DNA from: Oikopleura dioica | Taxonomy: Eukaryota > Animalia > Chordata | Assembly: GCA_907165135.1 (NCBI GenBank) | Contig: OU015567.1 | Location: forward strand, 13,268,001 to 13,332,000 | Direction: 5' to 3' | DNA: 64,000 nt | Shown: in pieces, positions 63,347 to 64,000 of the stretch | How the letters are laid out: the number at the start of each line of letters is the position of its first letter | Numbering within the stretch: position 1 is the stretch's first letter | Translations under genes and position numbers: made by a program | The notes under the pieces: generated by a model | The model's database searches: none | Told to the model about the DNA's origin: nothing | What the model saw: the letters and a program-made list of their open reading frames with translations, nothing else

Positions 63347-63812
63347 TTTCCACCACGCAAATGAGCTACTGTTATCTTATCGCTTCGGCTCAAGTCTCAC
63401 GCTCTAGTAATTATTTTTTCAATAATTAAAAAAGGATGAAGTTTCAATATTTGGTTTTTATCAATAAACAGACAGAAACTTGAGAAATTTTTAAAGCGAG
63501 ACAAACAGACATGATAAAAAATCACTTATATATTAATTAAAATGGCAAGGTATCGTTGATGAGATAAATCGGCCTGTGGAAACGAACACTGTACTTTGAG
63601 GGTTTCAGCTAACGATAAACTTTCAATTACTCTTCGTTTTTCTATGCTTAATTTTAAATAATTAAATTAAAGAATGAAACTATACAAATGTGAAATCAAA
63701 ATACGGAAGGAATTCTGTTTGCATCAAATATATTTTATACAGCGGATTGGTTTTCAATAATTATTAAATATTTAGTTGCGATTTGTACAAAAAAAGATCT
63801 TCATGTTTTTTT

Positions 63813-64000
63813 TCACTCATTTTTGGATTTAGCAGCTGTTAGAAGTTCATTTTCCCGCAGCTCGGTCGTGTTCTGGTTCTCCTCGGGCGGCTCAGTCACG
63901 ATGTCGACTTTCCAGAGATCCCAGAAAGACCACATTATGTAGCCGAAACTGAGGAATGCCCAGAACCATTTAATGTGGACGGGGAAGGGCATGCTAACCG
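63813..64000 (-). CDS. C-terminal exon of a membrane protein (5' end outside window)
   Basis: VSMPFPVHIKWFWAFLSFGYIMWSFWDLWKVDIVTEPPEENQNTTELRENELLTAAKSKNE*: one aromatic TM helix and an acidic tail. Confidence 0.6.
   Translation of the reverse strand, partial: VSMPFPVHIKWFWAFLSFGYIMWSFWDLWKVDIVTEPPEENQNTTELRENELLTAAKSKNE

Noticed and set aside
1-64000. CRISPR arrays, rRNA, SL RNA, let-7/miR-1/miR-124/miR-133 seeds, LTR or LINE retroelements
   Set aside because: None recognised by eye in this eukaryotic window.

Overview
Compact eukaryotic (animal) genomic DNA, most likely the larvacean tunicate Oikopleura dioica. This is inferred from the dense gene packing, modal introns of about 40-50 bp, several unambiguous GA-AG introns and splice-acceptor-like AGs directly before start codons. 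Gene models were spliced by eye and all homology calls are from memory, not database searches. Left to right: 3' end of MAPKAPK2/3 (+), O-fucosyltransferase-family gene (+), claudin-like gene missed by the ORF track (-), ankyrin-like gene (+), aquaglyceroporin (+), secreted ZP-domain protein (+), ULK/Atg1 kinase (-), Toll-like receptor with a long post-TIR tail (-), Evx homeobox gene with large introns and upstream non-coding region (-), two tandem tiny prepropeptide (neuropeptide-like) genes (-), coiled-coil gene (+), tetraspanin-like 4TM gene (+), double-CXXC zinc-finger gene (-), nested MITEs, a kinase fused to a papain-like Cys-His-Asn domain (+), ZMYND12-like gene directly downstream of DNAH1 (-), the complete DNAH1 gene (about 16 kb, RFX X-box promoter) whose introns hold a MITE, a hairpin-rich element and an antisense nested TFCP2-like SAM gene lacking a DNA-binding domain, a trihelix Myb/SANT gene (-), and the 3' end of a membrane-protein gene (-). 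Best novelty candidates: the prepropeptide pair, the kinase-papain fusion, the DNAH1-ZMYND12 putative operon and the nested TFCP2-like gene.
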